DNA from: an uncultured Planctomycetaceae bacterium
Lineage (GTDB): Bacteria; Planctomycetota; Planctomycetia; Pirellulales; UBA1268
Direction: 5' to 3'
Length of the DNA: 63,237 bases
Assembly (NCBI GenBank): GCA_903919035.1
Contig: CAIXGY010000003.1
Span: 1-63,237 of the forward strand
The notes beneath the pieces were generated by a model, which worked only from the letters and a program-made list of their open reading frames with translations, searched no databases and was not told the origin of the DNA. Made by a program: the position numbers and the translations under genes. Below are positions 11,385 through 21,263 of this stretch, piece after piece (the stretch's first letter is position 1; every line of letters begins with the position of its first letter).

Positions 11385-11642
11385 ATGGGTCGGCTCAACG
11401 TGAAGGTCGTGCCGGGATCATCACGGAACCAGATCGTCGGCTGGCTGGGCGATGCCGTGAAGATCAAGGTGATGGCAGCACCCGAGAAGGGCAAAGCCAA
11501 CGAGGCCGTAATCGAGTTGCTCGCCTCAACCCTCGGCATTAGCAGCAAGGACATCGAGATCGAAAGCGGCCACTCGTCGCCCTCCAAGATCATCGCCATC
11601 AACGGTGTGCATGACGAGGCGATCAGGAAGGCATTCGACTAG
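11385..11642 (+). CDS. DUF167 (YggU-like) family protein
   Basis: LNVKVVPGSSRNQIVG...VKIKV.A.PEKGKANEA.IELLA..LGISSKDIEI.SGHSS..K.I.I matches the YggU/DUF167 pattern. Confidence 0.7.
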   Translation: MGRLNVKVVPGSSRNQIVGWLGDAVKIKVMAAPEKGKANEAVIELLASTLGISSKDIEIESGHSSPSKIIAINGVHDEAIRKAFD

Positions 11643-11855
11643 CCGCTGCCTATGCAGCCCCGTGTGCGGCCTGTGGCGAGGCACCCTGTTCCTAAACCCT
11701 CATATCCCCTGGTACAGGAAATCCAACCCGGTCAGGGATCCTCTCCTGAGAACGATTTGCTCAGGCAGAAATACCCATGGTGGGTTCTTTGAGGGCGAGT
11801 GTTTTTTGGGCGACAAGGAACTTGAGTGATCGTCGTGAAGACCCTCGCTTTTCCG

Positions 11856-12065
11856 TCACTCGTCCATCGTCACGCCGATCTTCACCCGCACCTGCCAGTG
11901 GGCGATCTTCCCATTCTCGATGTGGCCTCTGGTTTCAACCACCTCGAACCACCGCATCTTGCTCTCGTTGATTTCCACCTTGGCGATGGCGTTCTGAACC
12001 GCCGCCTCGATACCGGTGTGAGACGAGCCGACCAGCTCGATCATCTTGTAGGTGTGTTCGCTCAT
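11856..12065 (-). CDS. Dodecin-family flavin-binding protein
   Basis: 69 aa: MSEHTYKMIELVGSSHTGIEAAVQNAI......MRWFEVVETRGHIENGKIAHWQVRVKIG. The ATG overlaps the upstream stop (ATGA at 12062-12065). Confidence 0.75.
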   Translation of the reverse strand: MSEHTYKMIELVGSSHTGIEAAVQNAIAKVEINESKMRWFEVVETRGHIENGKIAHWQVRVKIGVTMDE

Positions 12066-12319
12066 GGTTGAATCTTGGCAACCAGGGGGAAGGCGTTGGG
12101 GGTGCGGATCGATTCGACTGACAAATCAATATCGAGCAGCGGCCAGTACAAGTGGTCGGCGGTCTGACGCTCCACGACCGAAATCTTCTCGATACTGGCG
12201 TCACGAAACCATGGAAAGTGCTCGAACGGCAGGAATAGCTCCTCGTCACCAACCAATACCCACAGGCCATGCCGGGACACGTTCGTGACTTCAACCGGAA
12301 AAATGCTTGTTCCAGGCAT
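12062..12319 (-). CDS. DUF2442 domain protein (cassette 1)
   Basis: V.V....GLWVLVGDEELFLPFEHFPWF..AS...I..VE......L.WP.LDIDLSVESI. Overlaps the 3' end of the upstream DUF4160 gene. Confidence 0.65.
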   Translation of the reverse strand: MPGTSIFPVEVTNVSRHGLWVLVGDEELFLPFEHFPWFRDASIEKISVVERQTADHLYWPLLDIDLSVESIRTPNAFPLVAKIQP

Positions 12320-12530
12320 CGATGATTTCCTGCAGATGGTCTTCAACAAGTTGCTGTGCTTCACCAATAACGTGCTTCGCCAAGCCTGTCTGGGTGACTA
12401 GTTCTACTTCTGGGTCCAGCCAGAACTTGGCCTCTCCGTCTGGGTGAGCCACATGAACGTGCATCCTCGTTTCTTCTCGTGAGAAGAAAAAGAACCTGAA
12501 TGGTCCTTCCCGAAAGACTGTTGGTGTCAT
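12291..12530 (-). CDS. DUF4160 domain protein (cassette 1)
   Basis: M(T)PTVFREGPFRFFFFSREE.RMHVHVAHPDGEAKFWLDP, the typical DUF4160 N-terminal pattern. Confidence 0.65.
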   Translation of the reverse strand: MTPTVFREGPFRFFFFSREETRMHVHVAHPDGEAKFWLDPEVELVTQTGLAKHVIGEAQQLVEDHLQEIIDAWNKHFSG

Positions 12531-12624
12531 AGGAGCGTTCGATCGTGCCTCCGATCTTAAATCCTAATCGAGTCTCATCGTCTGGTCGATTCGATCTCCC
12601 TCAGCCGTTCGAAGGAATCAATCC

Positions 12625-12813
12625 ATGCCTTTTTCAGCAAAAATTGTTGGTGACGAACTTGTCCTCCGAATCCCCATGAACACCAAGCCGGAGAAGTCGT
12701 CCAGCGGTAAAACGCTGGTGGTTGCCTCCACCTACGGGAACAAGGAAACCGACTGCGTGGTGGACGGGAAGAAAGTGATCGTGGGGGTCAACGCCTACAT
12801 CTCAACGAAGTAG
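12625..12813 (+). CDS. Hypothetical 62-aa protein
   Basis: ORF with GAAGGAA upstream of the ATG, divergent from cassette 1. No family recognised. Confidence 0.4.
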   Translation: MPFSAKIVGDELVLRIPMNTKPEKSSSGKTLVVASTYGNKETDCVVDGKKVIVGVNAYISTK

Positions 12814-12972
12814 GGGTGGGCGGCGTGTGGCGTATTCGAAGGGCAGATGGTCACAGGCTATTTGCCACGACCTGCCAGGCCCTGCCTCCAAACCGACACG
12901 CCACTTTTTACGTCACTTCGTGGCGGAGTGCCGATATCTTCGGGCAAGGTGGGACGGCGATGGCCGGTCAGT

Positions 12973-13453
<481 letters not shown>

Positions 13454-13654
13454 CTGGTCAGGGTATTGCCGGCGAGAGACGCAGGCAAGTTTGGCGCTAA
13501 GCGAGGGGACAGGTGACGTAATCCCAGTCCTGGTCCGAGGACACCATTTGCCGCACCATGCCGACGATTGCCAAGTTCCGCGGTGCGTCGCTCTTTACGT
13601 CACTCGTTGGCAGAATCACCGTCTCTGCGGCGTAAATCGCAGATCGGACTGTTG

Positions 13655-13668
13655 CTACTCGGGGAGCT
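13655..13668 (+). repeat. attR-like direct repeat
   Basis: CTACTCGGGGAGCT, identical to the tRNA-Asn 3' end at 11149-11162. Confidence 0.7.
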
Positions 13669-13786
13669 CTCTTCGTAGGGTTCCGCTTTCATGGCCGGTA
13701 CGCCACTGGCGAGCGGATCGCCCCGGCAGTCATGAATGACTGCCGGACTCGCCCCAGGTCGTGACGTGTGCGACGGCGACAGGATA

Positions 13787-14716
13787 ATGGGTTTTGATCC
13801 ATGGAGCCTCTTGCCGCCGTTGATGACAAACGCCGAACCCTCTCAGCCGTCGCTCACATCCGTGCCGCTGGTCAGCGTGGCCGTCAATGCTGCCCTGGCC
13901 TCGATCAAGATCCTCGCTGGGTTCTTCGGCAACTCCTATGCCTTGATCGCTGACGGCATCGAGTCCACCGCCGACATCGTGACTTCACTCGTCGTCTGGG
14001 GTGGCCTGCGGGTCAGCGTGGCACCAGCCGATGAACGGCATCCCTACGGTTACGGCAAGGCCGAGGCCCTATCCGGGATCGTCGCCTCGTTGGCACTGTT
14101 GGCAGCGGCGGGCATGATCGCTGTGCAGAGCGTCCGGGAAATCCTCACGCCCCATCACCTGCCGCACTGGTCCACGCTACTCGTGCTGGTGCTGGTGGTT
14201 GCCACGAAGATTGTCCTCGCCCGATGGATGGGTGACATCGGAGCGGAGGCCGAAAGCACGTCGGTGCAGGCTGATGCCTGGCACCACTGGGCCGATGCCC
14301 TGACCTCCATCGCCGCCTTCTTCGGGATCTCCATCGGCCTGGTCGGCGGGCCGGGATATGAGCCTGCCGATGATTGGGCTGCTCTGATCGCCTGCGTCGT
14401 GATCGTCCTCAGCGGCCTGAATCTGCTGCGAATGGCCGTCCGGGAGCTTCTTGATGCAGCCCCGGCCAAGGAATTCGAGCAGAAAGTCCGGGATCTCGCC
14501 TCGGGCGTCGATGGCGTCCGGGCTTTGGATAAATGCCGAATCCGGAAGAGCGGCACCCGGTATTTCGTGGAACTGCACGTCGAGGTGGACGGGCGGTCCA
14601 CCGTTCAAGAGGGGCACGACATCGGCGGCAAGGTGCGGAGCGTGCTGCGAAACTCGCCCCTGCGGATCGCCGACGCATTCATTCACATCGAGCCGACCCC
14701 GCCGACGATGACGTGA
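13787..14716 (+). CDS. Cation diffusion facilitator (CDF) family metal efflux transporter
   Basis: SIKILAGFFGNSYALIADGIESTADI, HPYGYGKAEAL, and DAWHHWADALTS in TM5. C-terminal cytoplasmic domain present. Start uncertain (13736, 13787 or 13823). Confidence 0.85.
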   Translation: MGFDPWSLLPPLMTNAEPSQPSLTSVPLVSVAVNAALASIKILAGFFGNSYALIADGIESTADIVTSLVVWGGLRVSVAPADERHPYGYGKAEALSGIVASLALLAAAGMIAVQSVREILTPHHLPHWSTLLVLVLVVATKIVLARWMGDIGAEAESTSVQADAWHHWADALTSIAAFFGISIGLVGGPGYEPADDWAALIACVVIVLSGLNLLRMAVRELLDAAPAKEFEQKVRDLASGVDGVRALDKCRIRKSGTRYFVELHVEVDGRSTVQEGHDIGGKVRSVLRNSPLRIADAFIHIEPTPPTMT

Positions 14717-14728
14717 CGTCGAGCGCGT

Positions 14729-14878
14729 TCAGGCTGCGACGACCGTCACCGTCGCTGGATCAGTGGCGACGTCGGCATGATCCTCGTGAAAGTCGCTCGG
14801 GTGATCGTCGGGGTGATCCCCGTAGATGTCGTGCATCCCCGCGATCGCCGCCAGATACTCGTTGAAGTGCGGATCCAT
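14729..14878 (-). CDS. Unlisted 49-aa His/Asp-rich small protein (hypothetical)
   Basis: My own translation: MDPHFNEYLAAIAGMHDIYGDHPDDHPSDFHEDHADVATDPATVTVVAA*. GGAGGG lies 7 nt upstream of the ATG, and third codon positions are G/C-rich. Below the ORF-track length cut-off. Confidence 0.4.
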   Translation of the reverse strand: MDPHFNEYLAAIAGMHDIYGDHPDDHPSDFHEDHADVATDPATVTVVAA

Positions 14879-15060
14879 GATTCAGCCCTCCGTGGCTACA
14901 AAACCATACGCACGGTCACGCCGATGGTTCGGGTTTCTCCACCTTCTCCAGACTGCCGTCGTGCCGCCCGGGTGGCGCATGCCGAACACCGGCGGCGATA
15001 CACTCCCCATGTCCGGATCCACGTCCCCCGGAAGCCGGTCACCGCCGCCGGTCGCTTGCC

Positions 15061-15402
15061 ATGACATCCGCTGACCTGCCGCTCGAGATCGACGTCCAGG
15101 CCGTTCGTACGCTGCGCGAGTCCGACACGCCGTTTCTCCTGCTCGACTGCCGCGAGCCCGATGAACACGCGATCGCCAGCATCCCTGGGGCCGTTCTCGT
15201 TCCCATGGCGGAGATCCCCGAACGCCTCGACCAGCTCGCATCGCACCGTACCCGCCGGATCATCGTCCACTGCCATCACGGCGGCCGCAGCCTTCGGGTC
15301 ACCCGCTGGCTGCGTGCCCAGGGCTTCGCGGGCGCGCAGAATATGGCCGGCGGCATCGACGCCTGGGCGCTCGAGATCGATCCCTCCACGCCGCGATACT
15401 GA
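15061..15402 (+). CDS. Rhodanese-domain sulfurtransferase
   Basis: LLLDCREP.E......IPGA...P, with active-site loop VHCHHGGRS. Confidence 0.85.
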   Translation: MTSADLPLEIDVQAVRTLRESDTPFLLLDCREPDEHAIASIPGAVLVPMAEIPERLDQLASHRTRRIIVHCHHGGRSLRVTRWLRAQGFAGAQNMAGGIDAWALEIDPSTPRY

Positions 15403-15615
15403 CCAGCGCATCCGACCGTGTGCATGCCGGAAGGTTCTCCAACGCACGCCCGTCGTGCGTCTGATCGACACGTGCCGCAGCCCTGGATCGACGCTCGTGA
15501 TTCCTCGGACTCGCCGACGCGAACCGGCGCGGACGCCGCCCGTGACGATGGGCTCGTTCGCCGCGGCTGGATCGACCGACCCTGAAGCCGTCAGCTACAC
15601 TCGGGACTCACTCCG

Positions 15616-17013
15616 ATGCCCTTCTGCGACGCCGACTTCCTGCTCTCCGTGCCGGCCGCGTCAGACCTGTTCCATCGGGTCGCGGCGCCGCTGCCGATCG
15701 TCGATTACCACTCCCATCTCTCCCCGCGCGACATCGCCGAAGACAGGCGGTTCGAGGATCTGCACGCCGTCTGGCTCGCGGGCGACCATTACAAGTGGAG
15801 GGCGATGCGGGCCGATGGGGTGTGTGAGGATCTGATCACCGGCGCCGCAACCGGCCTGGAAAAATTCCGGGCCTGGGCCGCGACGGTGCCGCACACGCTG
15901 CGCAACCCCCTGTTCCATTGGACCCATCTCGAGCTCCGCCGGTACTTCGGGATCGACGAACTGCTGGAGCCGGCCAGTGCCGACCGGATCTGGCATGAGG
16001 CCAATCGGCTGCTTGCGACCGGCGATCTCACGGCTCGGGGAATCCTGCGGAGATTCCAGGTCGAGCTCGTGGGCACGACCGACGATCCGGCGGACACCCT
16101 GGAGTGGCACGAGCGGATCGCGGCCTCCGGGCTGGCCACCCGTGTCGTGCCCACGTTCCGACCCGACGCCGCGCTCAAGGTGCGGGATCCGGAGAAGGTG
16201 CAGGCGTGGGCACGACGTCTGGCCGACGCGGCTGGCATCGGCGCCGACACGTTCCCTGGATTCGTCACGGCGCTCGAACGGCGACATGCCGACTTCGCGG
16301 CCGTCGGCTGCCGGGCGACGGATCACGGATTGGAGCGGCTGCCAGACGTCGAGTGCTGCGAACGGGAGGCCGCCCGGATCTGGGAGCGGGCCATGGCCGG
16401 TACGCCAGCCACCGGCGCGGAGGCGGACTCGTTCTCCGCGTGGCTCGTGCTCCATGTGGCCCGGCTCAACCACGCCCGTGGCTGGGTGACGCAGATGCAC
16501 CTCGGGCCCGTTCGCGACCCCAACCCGCCGCTCATGAAACGCCTCGGCGCCGATGCCGGCTGCGACACGATCGGCGATGCCCGCCAGGGTCCGGGACTCG
16601 TCCGCTTCCTCGCGACGCTCGCCGGCGAGGGCACCCTGGGCCACACGATCCTCTACAACATCAATCCCGCGGACAACGCCCTGTTCGCAGGCCTGCCGGG
16701 ATCGTTCCAGGACGGCGTCACGGCGGGGAAAATCCAGTGGGGGAGCGCCTGGTGGTTCCTCGATCAGGAGCGGGGCATGCGGGCCCAGCTGAACATGCTC
16801 TCGGATCTGGGGCTGCTCGCCCGGTTCATCGGCATGGTCACGGACTCGCGTTCTTTTCTCTCATTTCCACGACACGAGTATTTCCGGCGGATTGTCTGCG
16901 ACCTCGTCGGTGGAGACGTCGCCAGCGGGCGGCTGCCAGACCGTCGCGACTGGCTCGACAGCCTCGTGACGTCCGTCTGCCACGACAACGCGGCCACGAC
17001 GTTCGCCGCATAA
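15616..17013 (+). CDS. uxaC: Glucuronate isomerase
   Basis: PIVDYHSHLSPRDIAED..F..L...WL.GDHYKWRAMR..GV and the C-terminal NAA..F pattern, over the full ~465 aa length. Confidence 0.9.
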   Translation: MPFCDADFLLSVPAASDLFHRVAAPLPIVDYHSHLSPRDIAEDRRFEDLHAVWLAGDHYKWRAMRADGVCEDLITGAATGLEKFRAWAATVPHTLRNPLFHWTHLELRRYFGIDELLEPASADRIWHEANRLLATGDLTARGILRRFQVELVGTTDDPADTLEWHERIAASGLATRVVPTFRPDAALKVRDPEKVQAWARRLADAAGIGADTFPGFVTALERRHADFAAVGCRATDHGLERLPDVECCEREAARIWERAMAGTPATGAEADSFSAWLVLHVARLNHARGWVTQMHLGPVRDPNPPLMKRLGADAGCDTIGDARQGPGLVRFLATLAGEGTLGHTILYNINPADNALFAGLPGSFQDGVTAGKIQWGSAWWFLDQERGMRAQLNMLSDLGLLARFIGMVTDSRSFLSFPRHEYFRRIVCDLVGGDVASGRLPDRRDWLDSLVTSVCHDNAATTFAA

Positions 17014-17188
17014 AAGCCGACGTTCACGGGCGGGGCGGGCACCGGGTCGACGGAGAAACGCACGCGGACGTCGGCGTGCGACATGGAACGACGATGGCGA
17101 TCGCCGGCGTGGACGAGCACGGCACTCGACGGCATGGCACGATGATCGGCCGCGGCAGTTCGCTCCGCCCCGGGTAGAGTGAGGAATC

Positions 17189-18565
17189 ATGGTCGCGCCC
17201 CGTCGTTCCCGGTCGCTCGCTCGGCAGTTGATCATGCCGGTGGTTGGCCTCCTGCTCGCCGGCGTGCTGGTGAGCACCGCCGCGTCCTCGTGGCTGGCGA
17301 CGGCCCGGTCACGGCGCGGGGCCCGCGACGCCCAGCAACGACTGGCCGACGCCGTGGCGACGGCCCGCTTCCCACTGTCGCAACCGATCCTCGACACGCT
17401 GGCGCGGCTCACGGGCAGTGACTTCGTGGTGTGGAATCCCGACGGCCACGGCACATCCGGACTCACGACACTCCCCACGACCATCGTTGGCGATGTCGAC
17501 ATGGCGGCCGTGGCTGCCGCGCCGGGCACCACCGTGATCATCGGCGGGACACACCGCCACGTCGGCGTCGTGCGGCTCGCGGGCGTGCGGCCCGAGACGG
17601 TGCTCGTGCTCACGCCGGTGCCGAGCCTCGCCCACGCGGTGGCCGATGCGCTCCTCCCCGAGGCTGCCATCGCCGCCGGGATGCTGGCCGTGCTCGTGCC
17701 GATGGGGCTCTCGTTGACGCGTCGGCTGGCCGGCCGGATCACGGCCGTGGAGGCACACGTGGGCCGGATCGCGGCGGGCGAATTCGGCCATACGCTCGGT
17801 GCCGCGGCCATATCCGACGACGAGATCGGCCGGCTCGCCGCGGGCGTGGAACGGATGAGCCACACGCTCGCCGGCCTTCGCGACACGCTGGTGGCTGGCG
17901 AGCGGCAGCGACTGTTGGGCCAGCTCGCCGCCGGCTTCGCCCACGAACTCCGCAACGCCGTGACCGGGGCGCGGCTGGCCATCGACCTGCACCGTCGCCG
18001 GTGCGTCGGGGCCGCGGGCCGGAACGGCCCCGACGACAGCCTCGCGGTGGCCGTCCGCCAGCTCGCCGTCCTCGAAGAGGAGGTCCGGGGACTCCTCGCC
18101 CTCGGCCGTCCGGACGAGGCCCGGCCGGTGCGGGTGGAGGTCGGTCGCCTTCTCCACGAGGTCCGCGACCTGACGGCCCCGCGCTGCGAGCATGCGGGCG
18201 TCCGCCTCGAGTGCGAGGCGTCTCATGCCACGGTCACCGGCCGTCGCGAGGCGTTGCGTGCGGCGCTCGTCAACCTCGCCCTCAACGGCATCGACGCCGC
18301 CGGACGCGATGGCACCGTTCGCCTTCGCACGCGGGAGCTGCCCGGCCGAGTCAGCCTCGTCGTCGAGGACACCGGGCCCGGACCGCCCGACGCGCTGCGC
18401 GACACCCTCCACGAACCGTTCGTGACCGGCAAGGCCGAGGGCATCGGGCTCGGACTGTCCGTCGCCCACGCCGTTGCCACCGCTCACGGTGGATCACTCG
18501 GCTGGGAACGAGCCGGCGGGCTGACCAGGTTTTCGATCACGCTGCCTGCGGTGGCGACCGCATGA
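17189..18565 (+). CDS. Sensor histidine kinase (2 TM, HAMP, HisKA, HATPase)
   Basis: Two hydrophobic segments flank a ~130-aa extracytoplasmic region. H-box LAAGFAHELRN, N box LNGIDA, DTGPGP, GIGLGLS. GAGG lies upstream of the ATG. Confidence 0.85.
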   Translation: MVAPRRSRSLARQLIMPVVGLLLAGVLVSTAASSWLATARSRRGARDAQQRLADAVATARFPLSQPILDTLARLTGSDFVVWNPDGHGTSGLTTLPTTIVGDVDMAAVAAAPGTTVIIGGTHRHVGVVRLAGVRPETVLVLTPVPSLAHAVADALLPEAAIAAGMLAVLVPMGLSLTRRLAGRITAVEAHVGRIAAGEFGHTLGAAAISDDEIGRLAAGVERMSHTLAGLRDTLVAGERQRLLGQLAAGFAHELRNAVTGARLAIDLHRRRCVGAAGRNGPDDSLAVAVRQLAVLEEEVRGLLALGRPDEARPVRVEVGRLLHEVRDLTAPRCEHAGVRLECEASHATVTGRREALRAALVNLALNGIDAAGRDGTVRLRTRELPGRVSLVVEDTGPGPPDALRDTLHEPFVTGKAEGIGLGLSVAHAVATAHGGSLGWERAGGLTRFSITLPAVATA

Positions 18566-19956
18566 GCCGCATCCTCGTGGTCGACGACGAGGCGGCGATC
18601 GGCTGGAGCCTGCGGGAACTGCTGACCGACCAGGGCCACGAGGTCGCGGTCGCGGCCAGCGCCGAGGACGCGCTCGCGACCTGCGACCGTTTCGCGGCCG
18701 ACGCGATCCTGCTCGACGTGCGGCTGCCGGGGCGGGATGGCATCGCCGCGATGCCGGATCTGCAGAGCCGCGCGCCGGCGGCGCCGGTGGTGGTGATGAC
18801 CGCCTTCGGCGACCTCGACACGGCGGTCCGCGCCGTGCAGGCCGGCGCCTTCGATTTTCTCCTCAAGCCCTTCGACCTCGACAGGGTGTCGGACGTCGTT
18901 GCCCGCGCCCTTGCGGATCACGAGCGGGTCGCCACGCCCACGGCCGACATCGACACCGGCGCGCCAGTCCTCGTGGGCTCATCCGCGGCGATGCAGGGGG
19001 TGTTCGAGCGGATCGCGCTGATGGCCATGACCGATGTGCCGGTGCTCGTCACGGGCCCACCCGGCACCGGCAAGGAACTTGCCGCACGAGTGATCCACGC
19101 GCGGTCGGCCCGCCGCGACCGGCCCTTCGTGGCCACGAGCTTGGGCGCCCTCGCAGCCGGGGCGGTGGAGGCCGAGTTGTTCGGCGTCGGCGACCGGCCC
19201 GGCCTCCTCGAACTCGCCGGCTCCGGCACGATCCTGCTCGACGAGATCCATGCGGCACCCGCTCCGGTGCAGGCGCGGCTGGCCCGCATGCTCGAGTCGG
19301 GCGTCGTGGCCCGCTGCGGCTCCGTGGATCCGGTGCGGGTCGCCGCGCGAATCATGGCGGCCAGCGATGCGAACCTCGGCAAACTCGTCGCGGAGCGGGG
19401 GTTTCGGGCCGACCTGTTCGACCGCCTTCGCACCGGCGTGCTGGACATGCCGCCGCTGTCCGCGCGGCTCGACGACGTGGCCGTGCTCGCGACGCACGTC
19501 CTCGGCCGGCAGGCGGCCCGGCTGCACCGGGCTCGCGCGCCAGCGATGACGGCGGAGTTCCTGGCGGCGCTGCGTGGGCGATCCTGGCCGGACAACGTCC
19601 GCGGACTGCGGCAGGCGGTCGAATTCGCCGCAGTGGTGGCCCGGGGCCACGCCCTCGCTCCCGAGCACCTGCCGCCGGTCACGCCAGCCGCCGATGGCCA
19701 GAGCACCGACGGGATCCAGCCAGCCGCGGCCACCGTGGCCGCCGCCGTCCGCGAGTGGGCCGTGGCGGCCCGCCGGTCGTTCGGGGATCTGCCCGAACCG
19801 GATCTGCACCACCGGCTGCTCCAGGTCGCGGAGGCGGCGCTCCTCCGTGAGGCCCTCGCCCACACGGGCGGCAATCGCACGGCCGCGGCCCTACTCCTCG
19901 GCCTCGACCGGGCCACGCTCCGCACGAAGCTCCGGCTCCTGGGCATCGACGAGTGA
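18562..19956 (+). CDS. NtrC-family response regulator (REC + AAA+ + Fis HTH) lacking the GAFTGA loop
   Basis: MSRILVVDDE...DAILLDVRLPG..G (REC). VLVTGPPGTGKE (Walker A), ILLDEI (Walker B). C-terminal NRTAAALLLGLDRATLRTKL. ATGA overlap with the kinase stop. Confidence 0.85.
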   Translation: MSRILVVDDEAAIGWSLRELLTDQGHEVAVAASAEDALATCDRFAADAILLDVRLPGRDGIAAMPDLQSRAPAAPVVVMTAFGDLDTAVRAVQAGAFDFLLKPFDLDRVSDVVARALADHERVATPTADIDTGAPVLVGSSAAMQGVFERIALMAMTDVPVLVTGPPGTGKELAARVIHARSARRDRPFVATSLGALAAGAVEAELFGVGDRPGLLELAGSGTILLDEIHAAPAPVQARLARMLESGVVARCGSVDPVRVAARIMAASDANLGKLVAERGFRADLFDRLRTGVLDMPPLSARLDDVAVLATHVLGRQAARLHRARAPAMTAEFLAALRGRSWPDNVRGLRQAVEFAAVVARGHALAPEHLPPVTPAADGQSTDGIQPAAATVAAAVREWAVAARRSFGDLPEPDLHHRLLQVAEAALLREALAHTGGNRTAAALLLGLDRATLRTKLRLLGIDE

Positions 19957-19977
19957 ACGGTAGCGCGTGGCTCGCCT

Positions 19978-19992
19978 GGTGAAAGTTTCACC
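19978..19992. promoter_or_regulatory. Perfect palindrome GGTGAAA-G-TTTCACC between the regulator and the DUF1559 gene
   Basis: 7-1-7 inverted repeat. The one-nt spacer is too short for an RNA hairpin loop, so a dimeric protein site is the more likely role. Confidence 0.3.
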
Positions 19993-20071
19993 GCGCCGGT
20001 CGACCCGATTCGCCTCGCTTCCGTCACCGTGATGGCGATACTCCGACGGGTGACCATGGAGATGACCGCGG

Positions 20072-21166
20072 ATGCACTCGACTCCGATGGCGGATCGACA
20101 CGATCGGCTGCGTGACGTCCAGGGTTTCAGCCTCGTGGAACTCCTGGTGGTCGTGGCGATCATCGCGTCGCTGCTCGCGCTCCTCCTGCCGGCGGTGCAG
20201 GGCGCCCGTGAGGCGGCCCGGCGGACGCAGTGCGCCGTGAATGCCCGCCAACTCGTGCTCGCCGTGAACGCCTACGAAGCCTGGAAACGGCATTTTCCGC
20301 CCAGCATGATCCACACACCCGGCACGACGTTCGTGAGCAACAACGGCTCCTGGAGCGTTCACGGTCGGATCCTGCCCTACATCGAGGAGGGCGGCGCGGC
20401 GGCGCGGGTGAATCTGGAGCGGGCCTGGGACGACGGATTCTCCACGGGCACGCCGGATCCAACGCGGAACTGGGCCGCGGTCCGCGATCTCCGCATCTCG
20501 GCCTTCGGCTGCCCGAGCGATCCCGACGCTCCGACCGCGCGCACGAAGAGCGGTGTGACCTACGTCTACCCGCACACGTACGGCTTCAATTCGGGAACCT
20601 GGTTCGTCTACGACCCGGCCAGCGGAGGAGGAGGAGACGGGGTGTTCATACCCAACGGCCGGCTCGAACCCGGCCGGATCTCCGACGGCCTGACGAAGAC
20701 CCTCTGCATCGCCGAGGTGAAGGCGTTCACGCCGTACGTCCGCAACACCGGCGATCCGGGAGCGACCTATCCGCCCGGCTCACCACCGACCGATCCTGCG
20801 GCGATCAGCGGGTTGGTCGGCGGTGGGGATGCGAAACTCGGGGCGGGAACGAACGACTGCACCGGTCACACCGAGTGGCCCGACGGCCGCGTCCACCACA
20901 ACGGATTCACGACCGTGTTCACGCCCAACACGAGGGTGCCCCACACCGCCGATGGTGTCGACCACGACATCGACTACAACTCGCGGCAGGAGGGCCACAG
21001 TGCCACGGCACGGACGTTCGCCGCGATCACGTCGCGAAGCCATCACCGGGGCGTGGTGACCATCGCCATGCTCGACGGCTCGACCCGCATGCTCGAAGAC
21101 GCGGTCGACCTGCGCATCTGGCGGGCGATGGGCTCCCGGTGCGGGAACGAGTCGGTCGCGCCGTGA
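20072..21166 (+). CDS. DUF1559 protein with prepilin-type N-terminal cleavage/methylation domain
   Basis: GFSLVELLVVVAIIASLLALLLPAVQGAREAARRTQC, followed by the DUF1559-type body and C-terminal H.GG....MLDGS.R. Confidence 0.85.
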   Translation: MHSTPMADRHDRLRDVQGFSLVELLVVVAIIASLLALLLPAVQGAREAARRTQCAVNARQLVLAVNAYEAWKRHFPPSMIHTPGTTFVSNNGSWSVHGRILPYIEEGGAAARVNLERAWDDGFSTGTPDPTRNWAAVRDLRISAFGCPSDPDAPTARTKSGVTYVYPHTYGFNSGTWFVYDPASGGGGDGVFIPNGRLEPGRISDGLTKTLCIAEVKAFTPYVRNTGDPGATYPPGSPPTDPAAISGLVGGGDAKLGAGTNDCTGHTEWPDGRVHHNGFTTVFTPNTRVPHTADGVDHDIDYNSRQEGHSATARTFAAITSRSHHRGVVTIAMLDGSTRMLEDAVDLRIWRAMGSRCGNESVAP

Positions 21167-21263
21167 GCGACCGGTCGCTTTACCCCGACACCGCACGGCT
21201 GTAATCTGTGGCGTCGCGGGACGCTCGATGCCCGCGCCACACCTCCTCTCGAAAGGTCGATTC

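Noticed and set aside
17431-18561. The 841-aa ORF that would extend the response regulator upstream across the kinase gene.
   Set aside because: The upstream part is an Arg/Gly/Pro-rich alternative frame of the histidine kinase gene. The REC domain begins at MSRILVVDDE (ATG at 18562, overlapping the kinase stop).
19957-20071. Possible sigma-54 promoter upstream of the DUF1559 gene, downstream of the NtrC-like regulator.
   Set aside because: TGGCTCGCCTGGTGA has the GG but no TTGC -12 element at the required spacing. The regulator also lacks GAFTGA.
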